Source of the DNA: Nostoc punctiforme PCC 73102 | GTDB lineage: Bacteria > Cyanobacteriota > Cyanobacteriia > Cyanobacteriales > Nostocaceae | Length of the DNA: 32,000 nucleotides | Reading direction: 5' to 3' | Assembly: GCF_000020025.1 (NCBI RefSeq) | Contig: NC_010628.1 | Location: forward strand, 7,980,001 to 8,012,000 | Shown: positions 8,134 to 17,688 of the stretch, piece by piece | Position numbering within the stretch: position 1 is the stretch's first letter | Layout of the letters: every line of letters starts with the position of its first letter | Notes under the pieces: model-generated | Told to the model about the DNA's origin: nothing | What the model saw: only the letters and a program-made list of their open reading frames with translations | Databases searched by the model: none | Program-made: the position numbers and the translations under genes

Positions 8134-10419
8134 TTAAACTTCTTTGCTGCTTTTAACTAGGTTCGCCACTACTTTCACCAACTTATCTGGCTCGATGGGC
8201 TTAGATAGATGAACTTCAAATCCAGCTTCCAGAGCCAGGTTGCGTTCTTCATCTCTAGCATAAGCCGTCAGTGCTACAGCCAGAATCTTTTCCCCACGAA
8301 GGGCTTCCTGCTCACGAACTTGGCGAATCAGCGAATAACCATCCTCATCTGGCATTCCGATATCACTGACTAAAACCTTTGGTCTTAATCGCATCAACGC
8401 TTCCAAAGCTTCACCTACTGAGCTAACCGATGTCACCTTTGCTCCTGATTGTTCAAGAACAAAAGCAATTAACTCACGAGTATCGGCACTATCCTCTACA
8501 AGGAGTATTTGCAAGCCATCGAGCGCTAAGAGATTATTGACTTTTACTTGACTCTCTTTAATTAACTGCTCTGATTGCGGTTCTATTAGAGGTAACAGGA
8601 CTGTAAATGTCGCTCCCAGTCCTTCCCCTTCACTAACTGCATAAACTGTGCCAGAGTGTATTTCTACTAAGTGGCGTACAATTGCCAGCCCTAGCCCCAA
8701 ACCACCGTCGACTCTAGTAGTTGTGCTATCAGCTTGACGGAAGCGCTCAAATATATAAGGTAGAAACTCACCACTAATTCCCTTACCTGTGTCAGAGACA
8801 GAAATCTGAGCATTTGAGTTTACCTGCTTCAGACAGACTTCAACTCGGCCCCCGCTAGGTGTAAACTTGACGGCGTTAGAGAGCAAATTCCAGACTACTT
8901 GTTGGAGGCGTTCTGCATCACCCATAATCTCACCGACTGACGAGTCAAGGTTAGACTCAACTTGAATATCTTTAATCTCAGATGTGGGATATATAGCTTC
9001 AATCGCCGTGTTAATTACAATTACAAGATCAACTTTACGAAGATTTAGGCGGATTTTACCTTGTACAATGCGGGAAATATCGAGGATATCATCAATCAGT
9101 TTGCTCTGAAGTTTTGCATTCCGCTCGATTGTCTCCAGAGCCTTAGAAGTAATTGCCTCATCCAGTTTTCGATGACGAATTATTTGAACCCAACCCAGCA
9201 TTGAGTTGAGAGGTGTACGAAGTTCGTGAGAGACAATTGCTAAAAATTCGTCCTTAATGCGGTTAGCTTCCTGAGCTTGCCAATAAAGCTGTGCATTTTC
9301 AATAGCAGACGCTGCACGTTGGGCAAGTTGTTCAGCCATTGCTAGGTCTACAGTAGTGTAATACCGCCCTAATTGTGTAGAGGCAAATACAATTGTCCCT
9401 AGCTTGTGTTGACGCACTTGCAATGGCACAACCATATAAGACTTAACTTGCAATAAATTAAGGTATTCATCGTTCCATGCTTTTCTTTGTAATGAATACT
9501 CAAGAATGTTTGCAACCAGTTCTGGCTTACCAGTCCGTAGAACCTTCGGTAGCCCATAATCAGCATCAATAGAAATTGGATAGCGTTGTCGAAGTTTTCG
9601 GACTAGTGCTTCTTTCTGTGGGTCAGATGCAGCGATGACTGGGTTATTGAAAGCTGCCGAATTATTTTCAACGACATCCACAATGCACCAATCTGCGAGG
9701 GTAGGCACTGCTAATTGGGCGACGGTTGTTAGGGTATTGCGGTAGTCTAAGGAAGATGCTAGTACACGACTTGCTTCAGCTAAAAAATTAGAGCGCCTTT
9801 GTGCAGCTTCGGCTGCAATCCGAGCAGCTTGCTCACGCTCAAATAACTGCTCACGCTCCGACTCTAAACGCTTACGCTTGCTAATATCGCGCATTAGCCA
9901 GCGTAGAGCAACTGGCTTACCCAAATCATTACAGACGGTAACTACTGTCAAAGCAACATCAAAACAAAGTTTTTCCCGTGGTTGCAAACACACTTCCCAT
10001 TCTCCGCCCCGGTCGAGATGCTGCAACTGAGTTAGGTAATTAAAAAAAGCTTGATGATCTGACTGTCCAATAAAACTAACCAACGGTTTCCGAATCAAAA
10101 ATCGCTGTGAGATATTAAGTAAGATAGTAGTGGCCTGGTTAGCTTCAAGGATAGTCCCATAAGTATCAGTTACCAAGTAACCATCAGGCGCAAAATCAAA
10201 TAATTCTTGGTAGCGCTGACGCTCCTTCTCTACTGCGATTCGTGTTGCTTGTAGTTCCTCAGAGGCGATTTTCATTTCTTCTAAGGCGATTTGAAGTTCT
10301 GCAAAAGCTTCTGTTGTTAGCTCTTGTTGCGAATACCGCTCACTTGCAGTACTTTGCAATAATTTCATCACCTGTGAGCGCAGTATTTCTATTTGCCGAC
10401 TAAAATCGTCTACATTCAT
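8134..10419 (-). CDS. hybrid sensor histidine kinase (coiled coil - PAS - GAF - HisKA - HATPase - receiver)
   Basis: H-box FLAIVSHELRTPLNS, N/G boxes (NLLSNAVKFTP, DTGKGIS, GGLGLGLAIV), and a C-terminal REC domain (LLVEDSADTRE...VSDIGMPDEDGY...LSKP). The track start at 10467 is TTG. I prefer the ATG at 10419 (MNVDDF..). Confidence 0.85.
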   Translation of the reverse strand: MNVDDFSRQIEILRSQVMKLLQSTASERYSQQELTTEAFAELQIALEEMKIASEELQATRIAVEKERQRYQELFDFAPDGYLVTDTYGTILEANQATTILLNISQRFLIRKPLVSFIGQSDHQAFFNYLTQLQHLDRGGEWEVCLQPREKLCFDVALTVVTVCNDLGKPVALRWLMRDISKRKRLESEREQLFEREQAARIAAEAAQRRSNFLAEASRVLASSLDYRNTLTTVAQLAVPTLADWCIVDVVENNSAAFNNPVIAASDPQKEALVRKLRQRYPISIDADYGLPKVLRTGKPELVANILEYSLQRKAWNDEYLNLLQVKSYMVVPLQVRQHKLGTIVFASTQLGRYYTTVDLAMAEQLAQRAASAIENAQLYWQAQEANRIKDEFLAIVSHELRTPLNSMLGWVQIIRHRKLDEAITSKALETIERNAKLQSKLIDDILDISRIVQGKIRLNLRKVDLVIVINTAIEAIYPTSEIKDIQVESNLDSSVGEIMGDAERLQQVVWNLLSNAVKFTPSGGRVEVCLKQVNSNAQISVSDTGKGISGEFLPYIFERFRQADSTTTRVDGGLGLGLAIVRHLVEIHSGTVYAVSEGEGLGATFTVLLPLIEPQSEQLIKESQVKVNNLLALDGLQILLVEDSADTRELIAFVLEQSGAKVTSVSSVGEALEALMRLRPKVLVSDIGMPDEDGYSLIRQVREQEALRGEKILAVALTAYARDEERNLALEAGFEVHLSKPIEPDKLVKVVANLVKSSKEV

Positions 10420-10704
10420 GTTGCTCACTTTGCTAAACCTAAAAAGCGCACGTGAGGAAAGAATCAAGCAAGTATCATTCCGACTGTACGCTCAAAGCGG
10501 AACTCAAAACTATTGCTCAAAAGATAGAGGTTTGTCTTGCCAAGGCAAGTTAGACCAAGTGAATTAAACACAATGTAATGGTTTCAACCTCTTACTAAGA
10601 TGCTATAATAGCCAGCTAGTAAAGAAATCTACCTAGAGTACTGTACAGCTAGAAACATAATAGGTAGATTAAAGTAAATTTTTTTATAGCTTAAGGAGGG
10701 CCTG

Positions 10705-12003
10705 ATGGTTACAGCAACAGTACCAGGACAACAGGTCAAAATCGGCCCAACCAAGTTGCTGATTAATAATGAGTGGGTAAATAGTGTCAGCAATCGCCGA
10801 TTTGAAACAATCAACCCAACTACAGGTGAGGTAATCTGTGAAGTCTCAGAAGCAGATGCCCCAGATGTAGATAAAGCAGTACAAGCAGCCCGCAACGCCT
10901 TCACTAATGGACAATGGAGAAAAATATCTGCCACCCGTCGCGGCGAGTTACTTTACAAGTTAGCTGATTTAATTGAGCAGAATATCGATGAGTTGGGGCA
11001 GCTAGAAACTCTCGACAACGGTAAGCCATTACAAGATTCATTCGGTGACTTGAGGTTAGTCATCGCTTGCTACCGTTACTATGCAGGTTGGGCTGACAAA
11101 GTACAAGGTAAAACTATTCCGATTAACAGGCCATACTTTTGCTAGCCATGAACCGGTGGGTGTCGTGGGTCAAATTATCCCGTGGAATTTCCCCCTGTTA
11201 ATGCAGGCTTGGAAGTTAGCACCAGCTTTAGCAACTGGTAATACAGTAGTTCTCAAAACAGCAGAACAAACACCATTATCAGCACTGCGGGTAGGCGAGT
11301 TGATTATTGAGGCTGGTTTTTCGCCTGGTGTGGTGAACATCTTATCAGGATACGGCCCAACCGCCGGGGCTGCGTCTACGCAGGTTCCCACGATGCCATA
11401 TTCTTTAACCAAGGGCAATGCTGCTGTGCTGGTTCGCGGCTGTTTGTCGAAGAGAAATGTTATGACGAGTTCGTTGCTAGAACTGTAGAAAGAGCAAGAG
11501 CGCGGGTTGTCGGTAATCCTTTCGATGCCAAAACAGAACAAGGGCCGCAGGTAGACAAAGACCAATTCGATCGGGTGATGAGCTATATCGAATCTGGAAT
11601 GCGCGAAGGGGCCGAGATGCTATGTGGTGGTAATCAAGTTGGCGACAAAGGTTATTTTATTGCACCCACAGTCTTTGCTGGTGTCCGCGATGACATGAAG
11701 ATTGCCCAAGAGGAAATTTTTGGGACAGTGATGAGCATCATCAAGTTCAAAGATATTGATGAAGTCATTCAACGGGCGAATGCCACCATGTAAGGGCTTG
11801 CTGCCGCAGTGTGGACTCAGGATATCAAAGCCCATGCGATCGCTAACAATCTCCGGGCTGGTACTGTATGGGTAAATTGCTACGACGTATTTGATGCTGC
11901 TGCACCCTTTGGTGGATTTAAGCAATCTGGTATTGGGCGAGAACTAGGCGAATATGGCTTGCAGCAATATACCGAAGTTAAGACCGTTACCATCAAATTG
12001 TAG
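10705..12003 (+). pseudogene. NAD(P)-dependent aldehyde dehydrogenase, disrupted (frameshift + internal deletion + nonsense codon)
   Basis: Four ORF pieces are colinear with one ALDH. (1) The frame breaks at 11141-11147, where PYFC/TAG is followed by [16 protein letters not shown] in another frame. (2) At about 11375-11383, GPTAGAA joins almost directly to [19 protein letters not shown], so the ELGGKSP catalytic-Glu segment is missing (the locus is ~180 nt shorter than a ~490-aa ALDH). (3) TAA at 11791-11793 interrupts ..[13 protein letters not shown]... Confidence 0.85.
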
Positions 12004-12032
12004 TACGACTTGAATTTAACTTTAGCCATATT

Positions 12033-12071
12033 CATCCCCCTAAATTTAAAAAAATCTGTTTTAGGGGGATG
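12033..12071 (+). terminator. 12-bp perfect hairpin after the ALDH pseudogene (terminator-like, no clear U-tract)
   Basis: CATCCCCCTAAA (12033-12044) pairs with TTTAGGGGGATG (12060-12071), with a 15-nt A/T loop. Confidence 0.3.
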
Positions 12072-12140
12072 ATGAATGTGATATTTAATCTGGGGTGGGC
12101 ATCATAAATATGCTTTGCATACTACCTCAAGATAATTCTG

Positions 12141-13358
12141 ATGATAAATGCGATCGCTACTAAATTTCGCCAACTTATAGCTGCAAGAAAAAGCCCGATT
12201 AGTTATTTTGACAGACATAACCACAAAAACAAAACTAAGCGTTCCATAGCGCTGTATACCTGCGTAGGATTAGTAAGTGCAATTTTGGCATTGTTGTTAA
12301 TCACATCCCCAGGACTGGCCCAAAAACCGGAACCCCAACAATCCCTAAAACTCCAACAACCGTTATTAGTAGCTACACGAGTTATACCGCCCTTTGTGCT
12401 ATCAAACAAAGGTGAGCTATCGGGATTCAGTATCGACCTCTGGCGCAGCATCGCTACCCAAATAGGTATAGAGTCTAAATTGATTGAATATTCCAGTGTA
12501 CCAGAACTGATTTCTGCTATTAAGGACAACAAAGTCAACTTGGGAATTGCAGCTATCTCGATTACAGCCGAACGCGAGCAAAATTTTGATTTCTCATTAC
12601 CCATTTTTGCTAGTGGGCTGCAAATTATGGTACGCAATCTAGAGAGTAAAAACAGTGCCTTTCCAAATATTTTGCAATTGTTTTTCTCTACTAGCCTCTT
12701 GCAGGTAATAGGCGTTGCCCTAGTGCTAATTGTCATAGCAGCTCATATTATTTGGTTATCCGAGCGCAATCACAAAGAAGGGATGATTTCTGAATCATAC
12801 TTTCCTGGCATTTTTAAAGCTTGTTGGTGGGCAGCAGCCACATTAGCGACTCAAGCCGATGAAATGCCCAAGGGAGTGCTGGGACGTTTCATAGCTATAG
12901 TCTGGATGTTCATCGGAGTCCTTTTTGTCGCCTACTTTACAGCCAGTGCGACTACTTCATTAACAGTGCAGCAACTTCAGGGCGATATCAGGAGTATAGA
13001 CGATTTACCTGGCAAGGTAGTGGCTACAACTGCGGGCAGCACAGCGGCGACATACTTGCGAGAACATCATATTTCAGTTTTAGAAGTCCCCAAAATTGAG
13101 GAAGCTTACAAAGCTCTGCAAACAAAAAAAGCTGATGCTGTGGTGTTTGATGCACCTGTACTCCTCTTTTATGCTGCCAATGAAGGCAAAGGGAAGGTAG
13201 AGATTGTTGGCAGTATCTTGCGTGAAGAAAGCTACGGAATAATTCTGCCTAATAACAGTCCCTACCGCAAACCAATTAATCAGGCTTTGCTGAATCTTAA
13301 AGAAAATGGCACTTATCAATCGCTATATGATAAGTGGTTCGATCCTAAAAATTCTTAA
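12141..13358 (+). CDS. GluR0-like ligand-gated channel: periplasmic amino-acid-binding (SBP type 3) lobes interrupted by a two-TM pore module
   Basis: An N-terminal signal/anchor precedes SBP-like lobe 1 (GFSIDLWRSIA..NLGIAAISITAEREQNFDFS). Next come TM - pore loop - TM (CWWAAATLATQADEMP...VAYFTASATTSLTV), then lobe 2 (ATTAGSTAATYL...DAVVFDAPVLLFY...YGIILP). Confidence 0.75.
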   Translation: MINAIATKFRQLIAARKSPISYFDRHNHKNKTKRSIALYTCVGLVSAILALLLITSPGLAQKPEPQQSLKLQQPLLVATRVIPPFVLSNKGELSGFSIDLWRSIATQIGIESKLIEYSSVPELISAIKDNKVNLGIAAISITAEREQNFDFSLPIFASGLQIMVRNLESKNSAFPNILQLFFSTSLLQVIGVALVLIVIAAHIIWLSERNHKEGMISESYFPGIFKACWWAAATLATQADEMPKGVLGRFIAIVWMFIGVLFVAYFTASATTSLTVQQLQGDIRSIDDLPGKVVATTAGSTAATYLREHHISVLEVPKIEEAYKALQTKKADAVVFDAPVLLFYAANEGKGKVEIVGSILREESYGIILPNNSPYRKPINQALLNLKENGTYQSLYDKWFDPKNS

Positions 13359-13687
13359 ATTTTGCTGAAAAATTAGAGTTACCGGGGCTAGGGCGTGTTT
13401 TCAAAGTCTTAGATCCCCCAACCCCCGATAAATTGGGGGGCAAAAACCTCTCAAAGACAAACATACAATGATTTTAAGCATACTTAATGTAATATAAATA
13501 AATATAGTACCGACAATATACTTATGCGTCCCGTATGCTAGTATCCTCCAATACAACGGTATTGACTATGCCTCTATTTTTTTGCTTCAATACTAAGCAC
13601 GCAAAATTTATGTCTTACTAACATTAAGGTTTTCTAATATTATTTTAGGGCTGGTGATATGTAAGTCTGCTATTCATCAAAAATAGG

Positions 13688-13803
13688 ACTTACGCAAAAT
13701 ACCCTGCGGGTACTCCGTTGGAGAACTCGTAGAGTAGCCACTCTGCTCCTAGATGAATTGCCCTTACCAAAGAATGAGGGTTTTGACTATTGTTTGCGTA
13801 AGT
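13688..13803. mobile_element. MITE-like 116-bp element with 11-bp perfect terminal inverted repeats
   Basis: ACTTACGCAAA (13688-13698) and TTTGCGTAAGT (13793-13803). It has no coding capacity and lies in a repeat-rich spacer. Confidence 0.5.
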
Positions 13804-13931
13804 TTTAAAAAAGTTACAAAACGTCTGTAGTGAGCGATAAATCACTAAATTTCAAAGGCTTTAGCCCTGACTACAAACTACTAGTTCATATTTGCAATTG
13901 AAGTCTATTTTGACAAAATAGGGAAACAATC

Positions 13932-15251
13932 ATGCTACCAAGTAATAGAGGGAACTTCCAAAAACACAAACTAAAATTTTTTGATTTTGAAATTCCACTT
14001 GCACTTAAATCTGTCAATTTCTCTTGTTTTGTTATCGGATAAAGTTTATCTTTTTTTGGGTCTTGGATGACTCAAATTGCTTTAGTATGGCTAGTTTATC
14101 AATTAACTAATTCGGCTGTATTAGTTGGTGTAGCTGGATTTACAAATCAAGCTATGGGTTTGATTATTACTCCTTTGGTAGGAGTATTGCTAGATCGCTG
14201 GAATTTACGATATGTTCTACTAGCTACTCAGCTAGTATCGATTTTACTATCTTCTACCCTGACCTTTCTAACTCTTAGCAACAACATCAATGTTGCATGG
14301 ATTATTGTTATTGGCACGCTTCAGGGAATAGTAAAAGCTTTCGATTTACCAGCACGTCAGGTAATTATTCCCAGACTTTTGGATAAAAAATCAGATACTT
14401 ATAGTGCGATGGCTTCCCATTCATTCTTGATTAATACAGCAAAGTTTGTTAGTCCCATGATTGGGGGTTTCCTGATTGCTCGATCTGGTGCAGCTTCTTG
14501 TTTTTTAGTAGATAGTATTAGCTATTTACCCTTTATATCTGCAATATTAACTATCAAGGTAAACCCAATTATCAATAATACATCAAATCAAAAAGCCCAA
14601 ATTTGGAAAAATCTTAAAGAAGGCTTTGTTTATGCATACGATTTTTTACCTATTAAACATTTATTGATCTTACAAATTGTTATTTGCTTTATGGGGATAA
14701 CCCATGTGAATTTAATCCCGATTTTTGCTCAAGAAATTTTGAAGGGGAACGCTGAAACTATGGGTTTTTTGATGACAGCTTCGGCTCTTGGTTCTATAGT
14801 TTCAGGTATTTATCTCATCTCCAGAAAAAATATCATCGGATTAGGAAGGGTTATAGCAACTTCTGCCGCGATTCTCGGTTTAGGTTTAATCGTATTTTCT
14901 CAATCAACAAATTTAGAGGTTTGTCTAGTATTTATGTTTATTATAGGTATGAATAATACTCTCACTCTGGCTTCTCTTAATAACTTTATGCAATCCATTC
15001 TTCTTGATGAAGATAAAAGAGGTAGAGTAACCAGCATCTTTACAACTGGTTTTTTAGGAATCCTGCCTTTTGGCAATTTGTTTTTTGGAGTATTAGCAGG
15101 TCATCTTGGTGTTACCAATGCTTTATTATTTGGCGGGATTTGTTGCATTATAGGAGCATATTTTTTTAGTAGACAACTACCGAAAATAAGAAAGGTTTTG
15201 TATCCAATTTATGCAGAGTTGGGCTTGCTTCCACAGCCAAATAAAGGCTAA
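13932..15251 (+). pseudogene. MFS transporter (EntS/MFS_3-like) with an in-frame TAA at 14040-14042; the track ORF 14067-15251 is the downstream remainder
   Basis: Translation from the ATG at 13932 gives MLPSNRGNFQKHKLKFFDFEIPLALKSVNFSCFVIG*SLSFFGSWMTQIALVW. This is in the same frame as the 394-aa ORF and supplies the expected first TM segment. The rest has a 12-TM MFS-like profile. Confidence 0.65.
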
Positions 15252-15796
15252 ATGTCGTTTTGATAGCAGCGATCGCCTCTGATACTTCATCAAAACCCAG
15301 CGTGTCGCGTTTCATCCTCAGCCTCAAGCGCGAAAGACAACACTGTGCGTGTGTTTCTATAAGGCTTTCACGCTATTGCTAAATTTCTTAGAAAAACTCT
15401 TGATTTTCATTACCGATTGTGAGAGAGTCTGATTTAACATCCACAAAGTCCTGTAAATCGATAAATTTGCCGTATTTTAGCGGTTTAACTAGAAGCAAGC
15501 GGTGGTTTTAGCTGTGCTTTAACCCCGGAAAGATGCTATCAGACTGAATACAAGTACAGAAGTATAACAGCCATCTGATGAAGGCATCATACCAGGACTG
15601 AATGTCTATATAACTTTCAGGAGAATCATCTTCTATGCAAGTTGCCTTCCAGTAGAGTAACCACAGATTTCATCCCAATCTGGTGAAATTGCCCTGCTTC
15701 TCTGGAGTTGGGTGTCTTATGTATGGCTAGTTGTTCTAGCTTTCAGATGCTCATGTATTCACTCATGACTATATTTTTGCCAGTGGAGAACATCTC

Positions 15797-16231
15797 ATGC
15801 AAGTAGATCCTAATTCTCATCAAGGTTCCGAGCAAGATACTCAGGCTAATAGCGAAAGAGAGAAACTGAAACAACCCCGTGTAAATAGCAAACGTTTTTT
15901 TGGTAGTCACGCCAGCAGACGCTCGTTTCTCGGCCGCGCTGGTTTATTTAGTGCTGCGAGCCTTGTTGCAGGAGTTTTCGGTTCACCTTTCTCCTCAAAG
16001 AAAGGAGAAGATGTTGTACAAGCTCAAGATATTAACAGGCGGTATAATAGACCATTCAACTACAACAGTTTTGTTGATAAAGCCTATCGAGTCCGTGTTG
16101 AAGCAGCCAGAGTTGAACGAAGTATTCCCATTCCGCCGCATCCGACTAACGGTGATGAGGAGCGTTATGCCAACAAAATCGGCTCTGACAGTAGGGGATT
16201 AATGTACCGTAATGCTTTCGCGTCTCAATAG
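15797..16231 (+). pseudogene. 5' stump of a Tat-signal, vanadium-haloperoxidase/PAP2-like protein gene
   Basis: It has a twin-arginine signal (SRRSFLGRAGLFSAASLVAG) and an N-terminal conserved block (PPHPTNGDEERYANKIGSDSRGL). From memory, this block belongs to ~450-600-aa cyanobacterial haloperoxidase-like proteins. The ORF stops after 144 aa and no continuation is visible in any frame. Confidence 0.45.
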
Positions 16232-16440
16232 CAAGATTCATGTATCTAATTCAGTAACGCCTGATTTTTAGCAAGGTTGTTAAATTTAATACGTCATAAC
16301 TTACTTACGATAGAGAATCAATGATTACTCTAGGTTATAGCGTTAAAAAACAGTACAAGCCCTGTACGCTGGAAATTCTACCCTCTCTAGTGCCAGAGTT
16401 AAGCTAGTACGCATCTAAATTGCACATTTTTTCGTTAAAA

Positions 16441-16500
16441 CTGTCATTTGTCATTAGCTATTGACAAAAGACAACTGATAAATGACTAATGACAAAGGAC
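16441..16500. repeat. Heptamer cluster (TGTCATT x2 ... TGACAAA/TGATAAA/TGACTAA/TGACAAA) forming an 11-bp perfect inverted repeat
   Basis: TTTGTCATTAG (16447-16457) pairs with CTAATGACAAA (16486-16496). It lies 60-130 nt upstream of the S51 peptidase gene. Confidence 0.85.
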
Positions 16501-16575
16501 GAATTTCACGAATAAATAAGCAATTAAAGTGCGTAACAGCCTAGCAATAATTGCAGTTTGCTCCAGAAGCTGAGT

Positions 16576-17625
16576 ATGACAAAGGCATTCCCAAGCATAG
16601 CAAGGCGCTTGAAAAGTACAGGAATCAAGTTGTTGAAGATGGGAACCTTCCTAATAAGCCGTTTTATTGCAAGCTGGAAACGCTACTTTCTGGGTGACAC
16701 TGTTGATGTTCGCCCCTCCACGTCTCCTTCCTTTGATGTCCGTCCCTCCTTAGCTGGTCCAGTCCTCAGCTTAGGTGGGGGTGGTCCCGATGTTGATGAT
16801 GCTATTCAGTGGATGATTAACCAAGTTAGAGGAGGTAATAACTCTGGCACTAAAGTTAATGTTGTCGTTCTCCGCACTAATGGTAATCACGATTACAATC
16901 GGCTAATTTATGCTATGAAGGGCGTAAACTCTGTAGAAACTCTTCTGGTTAGCAATAGACAAGAAGCAAACAAAGCTGATATTTATGAAAAAGTCAGAAA
17001 TGCTGATGTGATTTTTTTTGCTGGCGGCGACCAATGTCAGTACATCCGCAATTGGAAAGATACCAAGCTTGAGGCTGCTGTTAAGTCAGTTTACCTGAAG
17101 GGAGGTGGTGTTGGTGGCACTAGTGCGGGTGCGATGATCCAAAGTGATTGTGTCTATGATGCTTGCGCTTCTTCAGAAAAAGGCATTGAAACTAGAGACG
17201 CACTTGAAGATCCTTACCGGGATATCACCTTTACGTACAACTTTTTCAATTGGAGTAATTTAAAAGGAACTATCGTAGATACGCACTTCGATAGGCGGGA
17301 AAGAATGGGTCGAATTATGGCTTTCATTGCCCGTCAAATTAAGGACGGTGTATCTAGCAGTGTTTTAGGCATAGCGGTTAGCGAAAGTACATCGGTTCTT
17401 GTGGATAAAAACGGTTTGGTGAAAGTTATGGGTAGGGGTGCGGCGTACTTTGTACTTGGTAATCACATACCGGAAGTATGCGAACCCCGAACGCCTTTGA
17501 CCTTTTCTAATTACAAAATTTGGAGAGTTCGCAGCGGCGACACCTTTAACTTAAGAAACAGACCAACCTCTGGGTACTATCTCAGGAGTGTCAAAAGGGG
17601 ACGGATTGATTCAAATCCATATTGA
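16576..17625 (+). CDS. peptidase S51 family (cyanophycinase/dipeptidase E-like, class I glutamine amidotransferase-like fold)
   Basis: Motifs VIFFAGGDQ and GGVGGTSAGAMIQ (nucleophile Ser elbow), plus IVDTHFDRRERMGR. The track start at 16558 is TTG. The ATG at 16576 is preferred but the start is uncertain. Confidence 0.7.
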   Translation: MTKAFPSIARRLKSTGIKLLKMGTFLISRFIASWKRYFLGDTVDVRPSTSPSFDVRPSLAGPVLSLGGGGPDVDDAIQWMINQVRGGNNSGTKVNVVVLRTNGNHDYNRLIYAMKGVNSVETLLVSNRQEANKADIYEKVRNADVIFFAGGDQCQYIRNWKDTKLEAAVKSVYLKGGGVGGTSAGAMIQSDCVYDACASSEKGIETRDALEDPYRDITFTYNFFNWSNLKGTIVDTHFDRRERMGRIMAFIARQIKDGVSSSVLGIAVSESTSVLVDKNGLVKVMGRGAAYFVLGNHIPEVCEPRTPLTFSNYKIWRVRSGDTFNLRNRPTSGYYLRSVKRGRIDSNPY

Positions 17626-17628
17626 GTG

Positions 17629-17656
17629 GGGAGTTAGAAGTTAGGAGTTGAAAGTT
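17629..17656. repeat. Tandem heptamer array (GGGAGTT AGAAGTT AGGAGTT GAAAGTT)
   Basis: Read directly, immediately after the S51 peptidase stop codon. Confidence 0.8.
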
Positions 17657-17688
17657 ATGGCTCCTCACGTCTTTTCATCTCTTTTACA

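Noticed and set aside
10629-11925. Minus-strand ORFs (10629-10934, 11170-11565, 11620-11925)
   Set aside because: They lie antisense to the ALDH pseudogene, whose plus-strand pieces carry clear ALDH motifs. The antisense products have none.
12203-13319. Minus-strand ORFs antisense to the GluR0-like gene (177 aa and 79 aa)
   Set aside because: The plus-strand ORF has coherent domain architecture. The antisense ORFs have no motifs.
13336-13345. GGTTCGATCC, a T-loop-like string that could indicate a tRNA
   Set aside because: It lies inside the GluR0-like CDS (..KWFDPKN..). No acceptor or anticodon stems can be drawn around it.
13415-13439. Hairpin CCCCCAA...TTGGGGG after the GluR0-like gene as a terminator
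   Set aside because: No U-tract follows it. The sequence type is a common dispersed cyanobacterial mini-repeat, so it was left uncalled.
15252-15796. Possible gene remnants or a small minus-strand ORF (about 49 aa, MKRDTLGFDEVSEAIAAIK...) in the 545-bp spacer
   Set aside because: It is too short, overlaps the MFS 3' end, and I could not assign any family with confidence.
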